Shown in pieces: positions 18,236-27,133 of a stretch of 64,000 nucleotides of DNA (its first letter is position 1; every line of letters starts with the position of its first letter). Under the pieces are notes generated by a model. It saw only the letters and a program-made list of their open reading frames with translations, ran no database searches and had not been told where the DNA came from. Source of the DNA: an uncultured Pelagibacteraceae bacterium (lineage in GTDB: Bacteria; Pseudomonadota; Alphaproteobacteria; Pelagibacterales; AG-422-B15); NCBI GenBank assembly GCA_902554325.1, contig CACDOH010000006.1, positions 150-64,149 on the forward strand, given 5' to 3'. Made by a program: the position numbers and the translations under genes.

Positions 18236-19161
18236 CAACATTATTTTTTATTGAACATGCAAATGGACAAGTAAGTGACCAAAGTTTAAAGGCAATCTCA
18301 GCTACGTCCCAAATAGATGGTGATGTTCACGGGTTAATTGTCGGATCAAATATAGATTCTGCTGTTGCTGAAGCTTCTAAAATAGAGGGACTAAATAAGC
18401 TAATGCATGTGGATGACGATAGCTTTAATAATATACTGGCTGAAAATCTAACCCAATTAATACTAAATATATCTGGAGATTATGAATACTTTTTAGCTGC
18501 GGCTACCACGACTGGAAAAAATGTTATGCCTAGACTTGCAGCAAAATTAGATGTCTCTCAGATCTCTGAAATTATTGCAATAGAAGGGCCTGATACTTTC
18601 ATTAGAACAATTTATGCTGGTAATGCTATCGCGACAGTTCAAACTAGCGATCCAAAAAAGGTTCTTACTGTGAGGCCTACTGCTTTTAAATCTGCGGTTA
18701 TGGGATCTTCCGGTTGTGAGATAACAAAAATAAATGCTGAAAATATGCCATCGATTTCTGAATTCATAGGAGAAGAGTTAACTAAATCTGATAGACCAGA
18801 GTTAACCTCTGCGAAAACTATTATTTCTGGCGGACGTGGAATGCAAAATGGCGAAAACTTTGAACTCTTAGACAAAGTGGCTGAAAAACTTGGAGCTGCT
18901 GTAGGTGCTTCAAGAGCTGCAGTAGATGCAGGCTTTGTTCCAAATGATTATCAAGTTGGACAAACTGGTAAAGTAGTTGCCCCTGAATTATATATTGCTG
19001 TGGGAATATCTGGAGCAATTCAGCATCTTGCTGGTATGAAAGATTCAAAAGTGATAGTTGCAATCAACAAAGATGAAGAAGCTCCAATTTTTGATGTTGC
19101 TGATTACGGATTAGTAGCTGACTTATTTCAGGTATTACCAGAATTAGAACAAGCTCTTTAA
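18232..19161 (+). CDS. etfA: Electron transfer flavoprotein alpha subunit
   Basis: 309 aa. C-terminal FAD-binding signature [39 protein letters not shown]. Confidence 0.95.
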   Translation: MTTLFFIEHANGQVSDQSLKAISATSQIDGDVHGLIVGSNIDSAVAEASKIEGLNKLMHVDDDSFNNILAENLTQLILNISGDYEYFLAAATTTGKNVMPRLAAKLDVSQISEIIAIEGPDTFIRTIYAGNAIATVQTSDPKKVLTVRPTAFKSAVMGSSGCEITKINAENMPSISEFIGEELTKSDRPELTSAKTIISGGRGMQNGENFELLDKVAEKLGAAVGASRAAVDAGFVPNDYQVGQTGKVVAPELYIAVGISGAIQHLAGMKDSKVIVAINKDEEAPIFDVADYGLVADLFQVLPELEQAL

Positions 19162-19698
19162 TTAGTTTAGAGTTTTTCTAATAAAGTTTACAAAATAATC
19201 ACTGTCCCATTCTGCTGGACCAATTAACTTAGCAATCTCATTACCATTCTGGTTAATAAAAATAGAGTAAGGTAACCCAACTGCCTTTGCCTCTCTCGGG
19301 ATATTGTTCTTGTCATCAAAATAAATATCTAATTCTTCAATATTATATTCTTTAAAAAAGTTGATTGAATTTTTTTTCGGTCCTCGATCTAGGCTGATTG
19401 GGAGGATTTGAAAAACATTTTTATCAAATTTTTTTTGCAATCTATCTAAAGAAGGCATTTCTTCTTTGCAAGGTTCACACCATGTTGCCCAAAGATTAAC
19501 TAAAATTAGTTTTCCCTCAAAATTTTTCAGATCCAATTCAGTACTATTTATATCTTGAAATTTACTGGAAAAACCTTGCTTTTCATAAATGATAAGTTCA
19601 TTAGCACTTAAGTATGAATTATATAAACTGTTGCAAAACAAGAGAATTATGGCATATACCATCAAAATTAATCTGGACCTAAAGTTTTTAAGCAACAT
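19162..19698 (-). CDS. Periplasmic thiol:disulfide oxidoreductase, TlpA/ResA-like thioredoxin fold
   Basis: 178 aa. Signal-anchor N-terminus and WATWCEPCKEEMP (CxxC) active site. Confidence 0.8.
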   Translation of the reverse strand: MLLKNFRSRLILMVYAIILLFCNSLYNSYLSANELIIYEKQGFSSKFQDINSTELDLKNFEGKLILVNLWATWCEPCKEEMPSLDRLQKKFDKNVFQILPISLDRGPKKNSINFFKEYNIEELDIYFDDKNNIPREAKAVGLPYSIFINQNGNEIAKLIGPAEWDSDYFVNFIRKTLN

Positions 19699-19726
19699 AA
19701 ATTGGAAAGTATAATCTTAGAGTAAA

Positions 19727-21124
19727 ATGTCTATAAAAAAAAATAAATTAAGAAATAGGTTTAAAAAACCAGTGAGCGCAGCCTTTGAAAAAATCAATTC
19801 TTCTATCAAATTTGATAAATTTTTATTCAATGAAGATATTGTGGCATCTATTGCTCATGCATCAATGCTTGGTTCACAAAGAATTATTTCAGTAAGTGAT
19901 TCAAATAAAATCATAAGCGGGTTGAAAAAGATTAAATCTGAAATAAAAAATAATAAATTTAAGTTTGATAATCAATTAGAAGATATTCATATGAATATTG
20001 AATATAGATTAAGTGAAATCATAGGCGATGTTGCAGGTAAGCTTCATACTGCGCGTTCAAGAAATGATCAAGTGATAACGGATCTGAAACTATGGATGAA
20101 AAAAGATAATGTATTAATTTCAAAAAAAATAAAAAGATTGAAAAACTCTTTAGTGAAGTCTGCAAATAAAAATATTGAAATATTGCTACCAGGGCTTACA
20201 CACTTTCAGTCTGCACAGCCTATATCTGCTGGCCATTATTTTATGGCTTACTATGAAATGTTTTCAAGAGACACTTCAAGGTTTGGGGACTCATTAAAAA
20301 GACTTGATGAAAATCCTCTAGGTGTCGGCGCACTCGCAGGAACTAATTTTTCTATAAATCGAAACAAAACCACTAAAACCCTAGGCTTCAAAAAACCTAC
20401 AAGAAACTCTCTAGATACAGTTTCGGACAGAGATTTTGTTATTGATTTTTTATCAAGTGCTTCGTTACTTTCTATGCACCTGTTAAGGATCGCAGAAGAA
20501 GTTGCGCTTTATTCTTCAGATCTAATTAACTTCTTCAAAATTGGTGATCAGTTAATGTCTAGCTCATCTATAATGCCGCAAAAAAGGAATCCAGACGGTG
20601 CTGAGCTTATAAGAGCCAAAGCTTCTATTGCAATAGGTAATCTTTCATCGATGCTAAATCTAATGAAGTCACTGCCCCTGACTTACAGTAAAGATCTTCA
20701 AGAAGATAAAATCTTAGTTACATCAACAAGTGAAACGTTGCATATTTGTTTAGATTGTATGGTTGAAATCATTGACTCATTAGAAATTAACAAAAAATCT
20801 GCAGAGAAGATTATCTCTAAAACCTACATAAATGCTACTGAATTAGCAGATTGGCTTGTAATTAAGCTAAATTATACTTTCAGAGATGCGCATAGTCTTA
20901 CTGGAAAAATTGTAAATTTTGCTGAGAAAAAGAAATTATTCTTAAAAGATATTACACTTCGTGATTATAAATCATTTGATCAAAATATTGATAAATCTTT
21001 ATATGATTTCCTTAGTATAAAAAAAAGTGTTAATAATAAACAGAGTTACGGTGGCACTGCTATAAGTCAAATAAAAAAAATGATTGCCATTGCTCGTAAG
21101 GAGATCAAGAATGAAAAGTATTAG
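19727..21124 (+). CDS. argH: Argininosuccinate lyase
   Basis: 465 aa. Contains TARSRNDQV, THFQSAQP and the fumarate-lyase signature SSIMPQKRNPD. Confidence 0.95.
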   Translation: MSIKKNKLRNRFKKPVSAAFEKINSSIKFDKFLFNEDIVASIAHASMLGSQRIISVSDSNKIISGLKKIKSEIKNNKFKFDNQLEDIHMNIEYRLSEIIGDVAGKLHTARSRNDQVITDLKLWMKKDNVLISKKIKRLKNSLVKSANKNIEILLPGLTHFQSAQPISAGHYFMAYYEMFSRDTSRFGDSLKRLDENPLGVGALAGTNFSINRNKTTKTLGFKKPTRNSLDTVSDRDFVIDFLSSASLLSMHLLRIAEEVALYSSDLINFFKIGDQLMSSSSIMPQKRNPDGAELIRAKASIAIGNLSSMLNLMKSLPLTYSKDLQEDKILVTSTSETLHICLDCMVEIIDSLEINKKSAEKIISKTYINATELADWLVIKLNYTFRDAHSLTGKIVNFAEKKKLFLKDITLRDYKSFDQNIDKSLYDFLSIKKSVNNKQSYGGTAISQIKKMIAIARKEIKNEKY

Positions 21125-21233
21125 TATTTTGATACTATTAATTTTTATATATGGTTGTGGCAAGAAAGGTTCACTTGAGTACCCTCCAGTTGAGACAGGA
21201 TATTTATATCAATCTTCAACTGTCAAGGTGTAG
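21111..21233 (+). CDS. Small lipoprotein, LptM/YifL-like (40 aa), absent from the ORF track
   Basis: ATG at 21111 overlaps the argH end by 14 nt. Translation is MKSISILILLIFIYGCGKKGSLEYPPVETGYLYQSSTVKV, a signal peptide plus lipobox (IYG-C) followed by the CG.KG.L..P motif of the LptM family. Stop lies 2 nt before the lysA ATG. The position upstream of lysA is a common proteobacterial synteny. Confidence 0.6.
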   Translation: MKSISILILLIFIYGCGKKGSLEYPPVETGYLYQSSTVKV

Positions 21234-21235
21234 TT

Positions 21236-22468
21236 ATGTCAGAACTGAAATATGAAAATAATATTCTTAGATTTGGGAATGTTAGTGTAGATGAAATCTC
21301 TGAAAAACACCAAACACCATTTTATTGTTACAGCAAAAGTGTGCTCACTAATAACTATAATAATTTTAATAATGTATTTTCAGATCTCGATTACAAAATT
21401 TGTTTTTCTTTAAAATCAAATTCTAATCTCACACTATTAAGAATCTTGGCCTCGTTAGGTGCTGGTGCTGATGTGGTATCTGAATGGGAATTTAAAAAAG
21501 CAATTGAAGCAGGGATACTACCTCAAAAAATAGTATTTTCTGGAATTGGAAAAAGCGAAAATGAAATTAAGTATGCAATTGCAAATGATTGCTTTCAAAT
21601 TAATGTAGAGTCTTTAGCTGAGTTAAAAAAAATTAATCAAATAGCTGAAGGAATTGGTAAAGTTCAAAATATTGGGATTAGGATAAATCCTGATGTACAA
21701 TCTGATACGCATGAAAAAATAACAACTGGGAGTCTTGAAAATAAATTTGGAATATCTGTAAATGAAACTTTAGAGATATTTAATAAAAGTAAAGAATTTT
21801 CCTCTCTTTCGATTACAGCTATTGCATTTCATATAGGCAGTAACATAAAAGATTTAAGTCCATTTAAAAATTCTTTTGAAGTTGCTAAAAACTTAATTGA
21901 TAAAATACAATTGAATTACAACTCGCTAAAAACTATTGATGTTGGCGGAGGAATAAGTCCCGAAGAAAGAAATTTTAGCTTTAAAGATTATTACGATATG
22001 CTGATTTCATATTTTGATAAAGAAAGATTTAATTTTATCTTTGAGCCTGGGAGATTAATTGCGGCTGATGCAGGAATACTTGTTTCAAAAGTTCTTTATA
22101 CTAAAATAAGTGAAGGAAAAAAATTTATTATAATTGATGCAGGTATGAATGACATGATGCGGCCTGCTTTATACGATGCAGAGCATGAAATTTTAACTTC
22201 AAAATTAAATGATTCAGATCACAACATTGAAACAGAAATAGTTGGACCAATATGTGAATCTTCTGACAAATTTATGAGAACTACTAAATTTGCTAATATA
22301 GAAGAAGGAGATAATGTAGTTATTAAAAATGTTGGAGCCTATGGATCGACAATGAGTTCAAATTATAATGCCAGACCGTTTATTGAAGAAATTTTAATTA
22401 ATAAAGATGAAATTCAAATAATAAGAAAAAAACAGTCATTTGATGACTTCATAAAAAATGAACTTTAA
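21236..22468 (+). CDS. lysA: Diaminopimelate decarboxylase
   Basis: 410 aa. PLP-dependent Orn/DAP/Arg decarboxylase features (FSLKSNSN, DVGGG, EPGR, GPICES.D, GAY). Confidence 0.9.
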   Translation: MSELKYENNILRFGNVSVDEISEKHQTPFYCYSKSVLTNNYNNFNNVFSDLDYKICFSLKSNSNLTLLRILASLGAGADVVSEWEFKKAIEAGILPQKIVFSGIGKSENEIKYAIANDCFQINVESLAELKKINQIAEGIGKVQNIGIRINPDVQSDTHEKITTGSLENKFGISVNETLEIFNKSKEFSSLSITAIAFHIGSNIKDLSPFKNSFEVAKNLIDKIQLNYNSLKTIDVGGGISPEERNFSFKDYYDMLISYFDKERFNFIFEPGRLIAADAGILVSKVLYTKISEGKKFIIIDAGMNDMMRPALYDAEHEILTSKLNDSDHNIETEIVGPICESSDKFMRTTKFANIEEGDNVVIKNVGAYGSTMSSNYNARPFIEEILINKDEIQIIRKKQSFDDFIKNEL

Positions 22469-22851
22469 TTATTAAATAATTCAGTTATTTGATTTACTAA
22501 CAAACTAATAAAATTATTTATAGATTGGCTAAGGGCAAAAGCATCAATCTTGATACTGTCAATTATCATACTTCCAAAAATAAATATAACTGGCACTATC
22601 AATACTAAAAATGGCAGTGGAATATTTTTCTGATTTTTATAAACTACTGGTAGGTTTTGATCTGAAAGACTCTCTCTTATAATTTTCCCATTACTAATCT
22701 CATTTATTATTAGTTTTTTCTCGGCTTCATATGTCGTATTTTCATGAAACCATGAATGGTTACACCTAGTACATTTAACTTGCCGACCATGACCGATATC
22801 GTCAATATTTACAACATAGCGAGCTGAACATGATGGACAAGAAATAATCAT
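22465..22851 (-). CDS. MJ0042-type zinc-ribbon membrane protein
   Basis: 128 aa. N-terminal ISCPSCSARY....V.CTRCNHSW zinc ribbon followed by one TM helix. Confidence 0.6.
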   Translation of the reverse strand: MIISCPSCSARYVVNIDDIGHGRQVKCTRCNHSWFHENTTYEAEKKLIINEISNGKIIRESLSDQNLPVVYKNQKNIPLPFLVLIVPVIFIFGSMIIDSIKIDAFALSQSINNFISLLVNQITELFNN

Positions 22852-22905
22852 AAATTGTGTTAGTCTGTGTTAATATTTAAACCTTGTTAGTGTAGCTTAT
22901 TTAGT

Positions 22906-23487
22906 ATGTTAAATGTACAAAAATTGTATTACTTTTTTTTATTCCTATTGTCTTTATTGATACTAATTTTGATCCATTTTAATATTTTCTTCTCGAGTGT
23001 TAAGACAGTAGATGACGGAAATCATAATATAGCCCAAGTAGATAGTATTGTTGTCTTAACAGGAGACAGATTCAGAATTGCTAAAGGGTTAGAACTTTTG
23101 AGTCAAAATCTTGGTAGCAAGCTTCTTCTATCTGGAGTTAATAAAGATATTACTCTCACAGAAATAAAAAATGCTTTTCCAAATAATAATAAACTGTTTA
23201 ATTGCTGTATTGAAATTGAATCGATCTCAGAAAATACCTTTGAAAATATAAGGGAAACATTCCTATGGATAAGAAATAATAACTATCGCAACACTATTAT
23301 TGTTACATCAGATTATCACCTACCTCGAGTAAAATTAGAGTCAAAAAGGCTTATAAATAGCGAGAATATCTATTATGTATCCACAAAAAACATCAGTGAA
23401 GAGCAATTTAGTCGAGTGAAAAAATTAGTGTTAGAATATATTAAATATTTAAGAACTTATATAAGTTTGAGCATAGGGCTTTACTAA
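22906..23487 (+). CDS. DUF218 / YdcF-SanA-ElyC family membrane-anchored protein
   Basis: 193 aa. N-terminal TM, then VVLTGD..R...G..L......LLLSG and VTSDYHLPR, both typical of DUF218. Confidence 0.7.
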   Translation: MLNVQKLYYFFLFLLSLLILILIHFNIFFSSVKTVDDGNHNIAQVDSIVVLTGDRFRIAKGLELLSQNLGSKLLLSGVNKDITLTEIKNAFPNNNKLFNCCIEIESISENTFENIRETFLWIRNNNYRNTIIVTSDYHLPRVKLESKRLINSENIYYVSTKNISEEQFSRVKKLVLEYIKYLRTYISLSIGLY

Positions 23488-24221
23488 TGATCTACATAAA
23501 TTCTTTTCTAGCTAACCTTGCTTTCTATATCGTATTGATTGCATGCTGCCTATTCGCACCAGTACTTTTTTTTCTACCTAAAAAATATATGTTAGGAATT
23601 ATTCACTTTCAATCCGTTCACACAAGAATAAGCTTAAAACTATTTGCAAATCTTGAAATTGAATATCGAGGTCTTGAGAATATACCTAAAGAACGAAAAT
23701 ATTTAATTGCTTCTAAACATCAATCACTTGCCGAGGCAATATTTTTAAATGATGCAATTGAAACTCCGTCTATAATTGCAAAAAAACAACTTTTATTAAT
23801 TCCAGTAGTTGGCCTATGTTTTAAGAAAGCTAATTTTATTTATGTAGATAGACGAAAGGGCGAAACAAATATTCAAGCAATGGTAAATTCTGCAAAAAGA
23901 AGTATGGACGCAGACCCACGACCACTTTTAATCTTTCCTGAAGGTACTAGAACACCGATAGGAGTAAAACGACCATATAAATATGGCGTTACAGCTCTTT
24001 ATGATGGTCTGAATATCCCTTGTCTTCCAGTGGCAATAAATTGTGGGTACTTTTGGTCACGAAGAAGATTTCTTAGATACCCTGGTAGAATGGTCATTGA
24101 ATTTCTAAAACCAATTGAAGCAGGTTTGGAAAAAGAAGTATTCACAAAAAAACTGTATGATGTAATAGAAAATAAATCAGATGATTTATTATCTGAAGCT
24201 AGGATTAATTTTCCTAAATGA
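23487..24221 (+). CDS. plsC: 1-acyl-sn-glycerol-3-phosphate acyltransferase family protein
   Basis: 244 aa. Acyltransferase motifs SKHQS (H..D-block variant), FIYVDR and IFPEGTR. Confidence 0.8.
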   Translation: MIYINSFLANLAFYIVLIACCLFAPVLFFLPKKYMLGIIHFQSVHTRISLKLFANLEIEYRGLENIPKERKYLIASKHQSLAEAIFLNDAIETPSIIAKKQLLLIPVVGLCFKKANFIYVDRRKGETNIQAMVNSAKRSMDADPRPLLIFPEGTRTPIGVKRPYKYGVTALYDGLNIPCLPVAINCGYFWSRRRFLRYPGRMVIEFLKPIEAGLEKEVFTKKLYDVIENKSDDLLSEARINFPK

Positions 24222-24955
24222 AGAATGCATATTTTAGGAGAATAATTTTCCTTGTTATTGCTATTTTATTTATCTACTCAGCATATTGGCTTTTCATCTC
24301 AGTTCAATTTAAAACTCAAATAAAAAATAATCTAGATAAAGTGAATAGTAGTTACAGCAATATATCAATATCAGGTTACCCATATAGAATGAGTGCTCTT
24401 ATTAATGACTTAATGTTCAGTAAATTTGAAAACAATTTTTTATCTAATATTAATTTTCATGACGTCAGAATTGATATGAACCCATTTCAAATTGATACTT
24501 TATATTTAAGAAGTAACCAAGTTGAAGGTTCAGATATAGCTAATAGCTCAGAATCTCTTTTTGATTTTAAAAACCTTCAGGGCAAGATAGTTTTGAATGA
24601 AGGCATAGTTATGAAACTTTTGTTGATATCTGATTACCTTGATTTGAATTATAATGAATATAAAGTTGGTACAATCAATCAACTTTTAATAAGGATAGAT
24701 TTAGACGACCAGTCAGTTTTCAAGATTGATTTTTCAGGGATTGCAAATGATTTCCTCAACTCATATATCGGAAAGACTAAGGTAAGTATTAATGGTGAAA
24801 TTTCATCGATTACTTACAATGGTAGCTTACAGGTTGATATTATAGAAAATGAAAATCAAAATAAATTATTCAGTGCGCCTTTAACTGTTAATAATGGAAA
24901 AGTGTCATTACTGTTTATGCCCTTATTAGATTTGAAGGACTTATCTTTTTTTTGA
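24218..24955 (+). CDS. DUF2125-like hypothetical protein (N-terminal TM anchor)
   Basis: 245 aa. N-terminal TM and the ISGYPYRM motif resemble the alphaproteobacterial DUF2125 (GFPFR) family. ATGA-type overlap with plsC. Confidence 0.45.
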   Translation: MKNAYFRRIIFLVIAILFIYSAYWLFISVQFKTQIKNNLDKVNSSYSNISISGYPYRMSALINDLMFSKFENNFLSNINFHDVRIDMNPFQIDTLYLRSNQVEGSDIANSSESLFDFKNLQGKIVLNEGIVMKLLLISDYLDLNYNEYKVGTINQLLIRIDLDDQSVFKIDFSGIANDFLNSYIGKTKVSINGEISSITYNGSLQVDIIENENQNKLFSAPLTVNNGKVSLLFMPLLDLKDLSFF

Positions 24956-25867
24956 TCTGCCAAAATCAGCATCTACAGTATCTTGTCCTGCTGAAATTAT
25001 TTTGTCTCGTACTTTTCTTGTTTTTGAAAAGAGTTTATGTAGACTTTTGCCGTCTTCCCAACGAATTGATTTTTGTAAAGCAGTTAAATCCTCTGTAAAT
25101 CTACTAATCATCTCCAACACAGCTTCCTTATTATTAAGAAATATATCTCTCCACATCGTTGGATCAGATGATGCAATTCTAGTAAAGTCTCTAAAACCAC
25201 TGGCACTATACTTAATGATGTCAGACTTTGTTACATTCTCGAGATCTGCAGCAGTAGATACAATATTATAAGCAATTAAGTGAGGTAAATGAGAAGTGAT
25301 TGCCATTACTCTGTCATGTCTTTGAGGGGACATTACCTCAACATCGCTTCCTAATGACTTCCAAAGATTTTTTACTTTATTAATATGACTTTTTTTATTG
25401 TTTTTAAGTGGAGTGATTATGCACCACCTGTCATCAAATAATTCTGCAAACCCAGCACTTGGGCCACTTTTTTCTGTTCCAGCTATAGGGTGAGCGGGTA
25501 TAAAAATATCATCATTACTTAAGAGAGGAATTATTTCGTTAATAGTTTTTTCTTTTGCAGAGCCGACGTCAGAGATAATTGTGCCTTTTGATATGTGGGG
25601 TATAATTTTTTTTATTATATTTGAATAACTACTTAAAGGAGTACAAATTATTATCAAATCTGACCCTCTTACAGACTCCTCTAATTTATTACTTACCTTA
25701 TCAACTAAGTTGAGTCTTTTAGATGTATTTCTGGTTTTAGAAGATCTGGAGTAACCCACTGTTTTAGAAGAGATTTTACTTTTCTTTATAGACAGTGCTA
25801 GTGATGAACCAATCAAACCTAGCCCAATGATAGTAATTTGCTTAAATAGTTTTTTCTTATTTGTCAT
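24941..25867 (-). CDS. tyrC: Prephenate/arogenate dehydrogenase
   Basis: 308 aa. NAD-binding ITIIGLGLIGSS, catalytic HP.AG, and SHLPH..A motifs. Confidence 0.85.
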   Translation of the reverse strand: MTNKKKLFKQITIIGLGLIGSSLALSIKKSKISSKTVGYSRSSKTRNTSKRLNLVDKVSNKLEESVRGSDLIIICTPLSSYSNIIKKIIPHISKGTIISDVGSAKEKTINEIIPLLSNDDIFIPAHPIAGTEKSGPSAGFAELFDDRWCIITPLKNNKKSHINKVKNLWKSLGSDVEVMSPQRHDRVMAITSHLPHLIAYNIVSTAADLENVTKSDIIKYSASGFRDFTRIASSDPTMWRDIFLNNKEAVLEMISRFTEDLTALQKSIRWEDGKSLHKLFSKTRKVRDKIISAGQDTVDADFGRSKKR

Positions 25868-26922
25868 TTATAAAAATCTTTGAAAGCCTTTATAACTTTC
25901 TTATTTTCGTTTGCTGTACCAATAGAAACCCTTACACAGCTTGGTAACTTATATTTGTCCATTAACCTAATAATAATTGATTTAGATAAAAGATACTTAT
26001 TTAGTTTAGATACAGATTTTCCTACATCTATAAGTAAAAAGTTAGCTCTACTATCATAAACTTTTATAGGCAGTTTACTTAACTCTTTATTCATAATGTT
26101 GAGCCACAATGTATTATGTTTTTTTGAATTGCTTGTATATTTTTTGTCTTTCAATGCTTGAATTCCTGCAACTTGTGCCAATTGGTTCACATTAAAAGGT
26201 CCTCTGACTTTGTTCATAGAACTAATAATATTACTGTGAGCATAACACCAGCCTAGTCTAAGAGAAGCTAGTCCATATATTTTAGAAAATGTACGTGTAA
26301 CAATTACATTTTTGTTTTTTTGGGCAAATTCAAGTCCATTTGAGTAATCATTATCAGTCATGTACTCAGCGTACGCTGCATCAATTATAATCATAATTTT
26401 TTTTGGAATTTTTTTAATCATCATTACGAGATCTTTTTTCGATAAATAAAAACCTGTAGGATTATTAGGCTGTGCAATAAAAATCATCTTTGTTTTTTTA
26501 GTGATAGATTTTAATAAACTTTCTAAATCCACCCGAAGATTTTTTGTTGCTGATCTCTTAATAACTCCACCACTTATTTTGGAATAGATTTCGAACATTA
26601 AAAAGCTATGCTTTGGAACAATAACCTCATCACCTTTGTTTAAAAATAATTGACATGCAATACCAAGTATCTCATCTGAACCATTTCCAACAAAAAGATT
26701 GCTGCTTTTTAATTTGAAACTTTTAGATATAGCTTCTTTTAACTCAACACAATTACCGTCAGGATATTTATTCGTCTTAAGTCGGCTTTCTGAAATTGCT
26801 TTCTTTACACTAATACTGGGGCCAAAAGGTGACTCATTAGAAGACACTTTGACTACATCTTTTTTTCCTGGAATTGATGAGATTCCACCTTCATAGATAT
26901 TAATATTTTTTAAATTTTTCAT
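25864..26922 (-). CDS. hisC: Histidinol-phosphate (aromatic) aminotransferase
   Basis: 352 aa, class II aminotransferase (SNE.P.G, NPNNPTG, TFSKIYGLA.LRLG). ATGA overlap with tyrC. Confidence 0.9.
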   Translation of the reverse strand: MKNLKNINIYEGGISSIPGKKDVVKVSSNESPFGPSISVKKAISESRLKTNKYPDGNCVELKEAISKSFKLKSSNLFVGNGSDEILGIACQLFLNKGDEVIVPKHSFLMFEIYSKISGGVIKRSATKNLRVDLESLLKSITKKTKMIFIAQPNNPTGFYLSKKDLVMMIKKIPKKIMIIIDAAYAEYMTDNDYSNGLEFAQKNKNVIVTRTFSKIYGLASLRLGWCYAHSNIISSMNKVRGPFNVNQLAQVAGIQALKDKKYTSNSKKHNTLWLNIMNKELSKLPIKVYDSRANFLLIDVGKSVSKLNKYLLSKSIIIRLMDKYKLPSCVRVSIGTANENKKVIKAFKDFYK

Positions 26923-26994
26923 ATAATAATTCGGTATAAATAGGTGAATATTGTTTATTTTGAAAGAAAATCTTTGAAATATTTAATCTTCTAA

Positions 26995-27023
26995 TTTGAC
27001 ATTACTGATTTGAATATATAATA
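26995..27023 (+). promoter_or_regulatory. Candidate sigma-70 promoter of the metX leader
   Basis: TTGACA at 26995-27000. TATAAT at 27016-27021 gives a 15-nt spacer, or TAATAC at 27018-27023 gives a 17-nt spacer. The predicted start falls just before the riboswitch P1 stem. Confidence 0.45.
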
Positions 27024-27031
27024 CAGTTACT

Positions 27032-27082
27032 GCGCCGATTTGAGCACAGCTTGCGGGCGCTGTAAAAATGCAGCTAAAGAGG
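27032..27082 (+). promoter_or_regulatory. SAM-II / SAM-V-type S-adenosylmethionine riboswitch aptamer (H-type pseudoknot)
   Basis: GC-rich island in AT-rich DNA. P1 is GCGCC (27032-36) paired with GGCGC (27056-60). The loop carries GAUUU and AGCUUGC. The 3' tail AAAAAUGCAGCUAAA can pair GCAGCU (27070-75) with loop AGCU(U)GC (27048-54). Lies upstream of metX, the classic context for this class. Confidence 0.6.
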
Positions 27083-27088
27083 TATATA

Positions 27089-27123
27089 AACCACCAAACT
27101 TAGTTGTTAGGTGGTTTTTTTTT
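27089..27123 (+). terminator. Rho-independent terminator-like hairpin in the metX leader
   Basis: AACCACC (27089-95) pairs with GGTGGTT (27110-16). Three further bp follow one mismatch, the loop is 6 nt, and the hairpin is followed by a run of 9 T (27115-23). Confidence 0.6.
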
Positions 27124-27133
27124 GGTTAAACAA

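Noticed and set aside
22856-22872. TGTGTTA repeated at 10-nt spacing in the Zn-ribbon / DUF218 divergent spacer
   Set aside because: These are short 7-mers, easily arising by chance. It could be part of promoters, but that is not supportable from sequence alone.
27104-27133. TTG-initiated 10-codon extension of metX (MLGGFFLVKQ)
   Set aside because: It lies within the terminator hairpin 3' arm and the T9 tract. The ATG at 27134 gives a standard MetX N-terminus.
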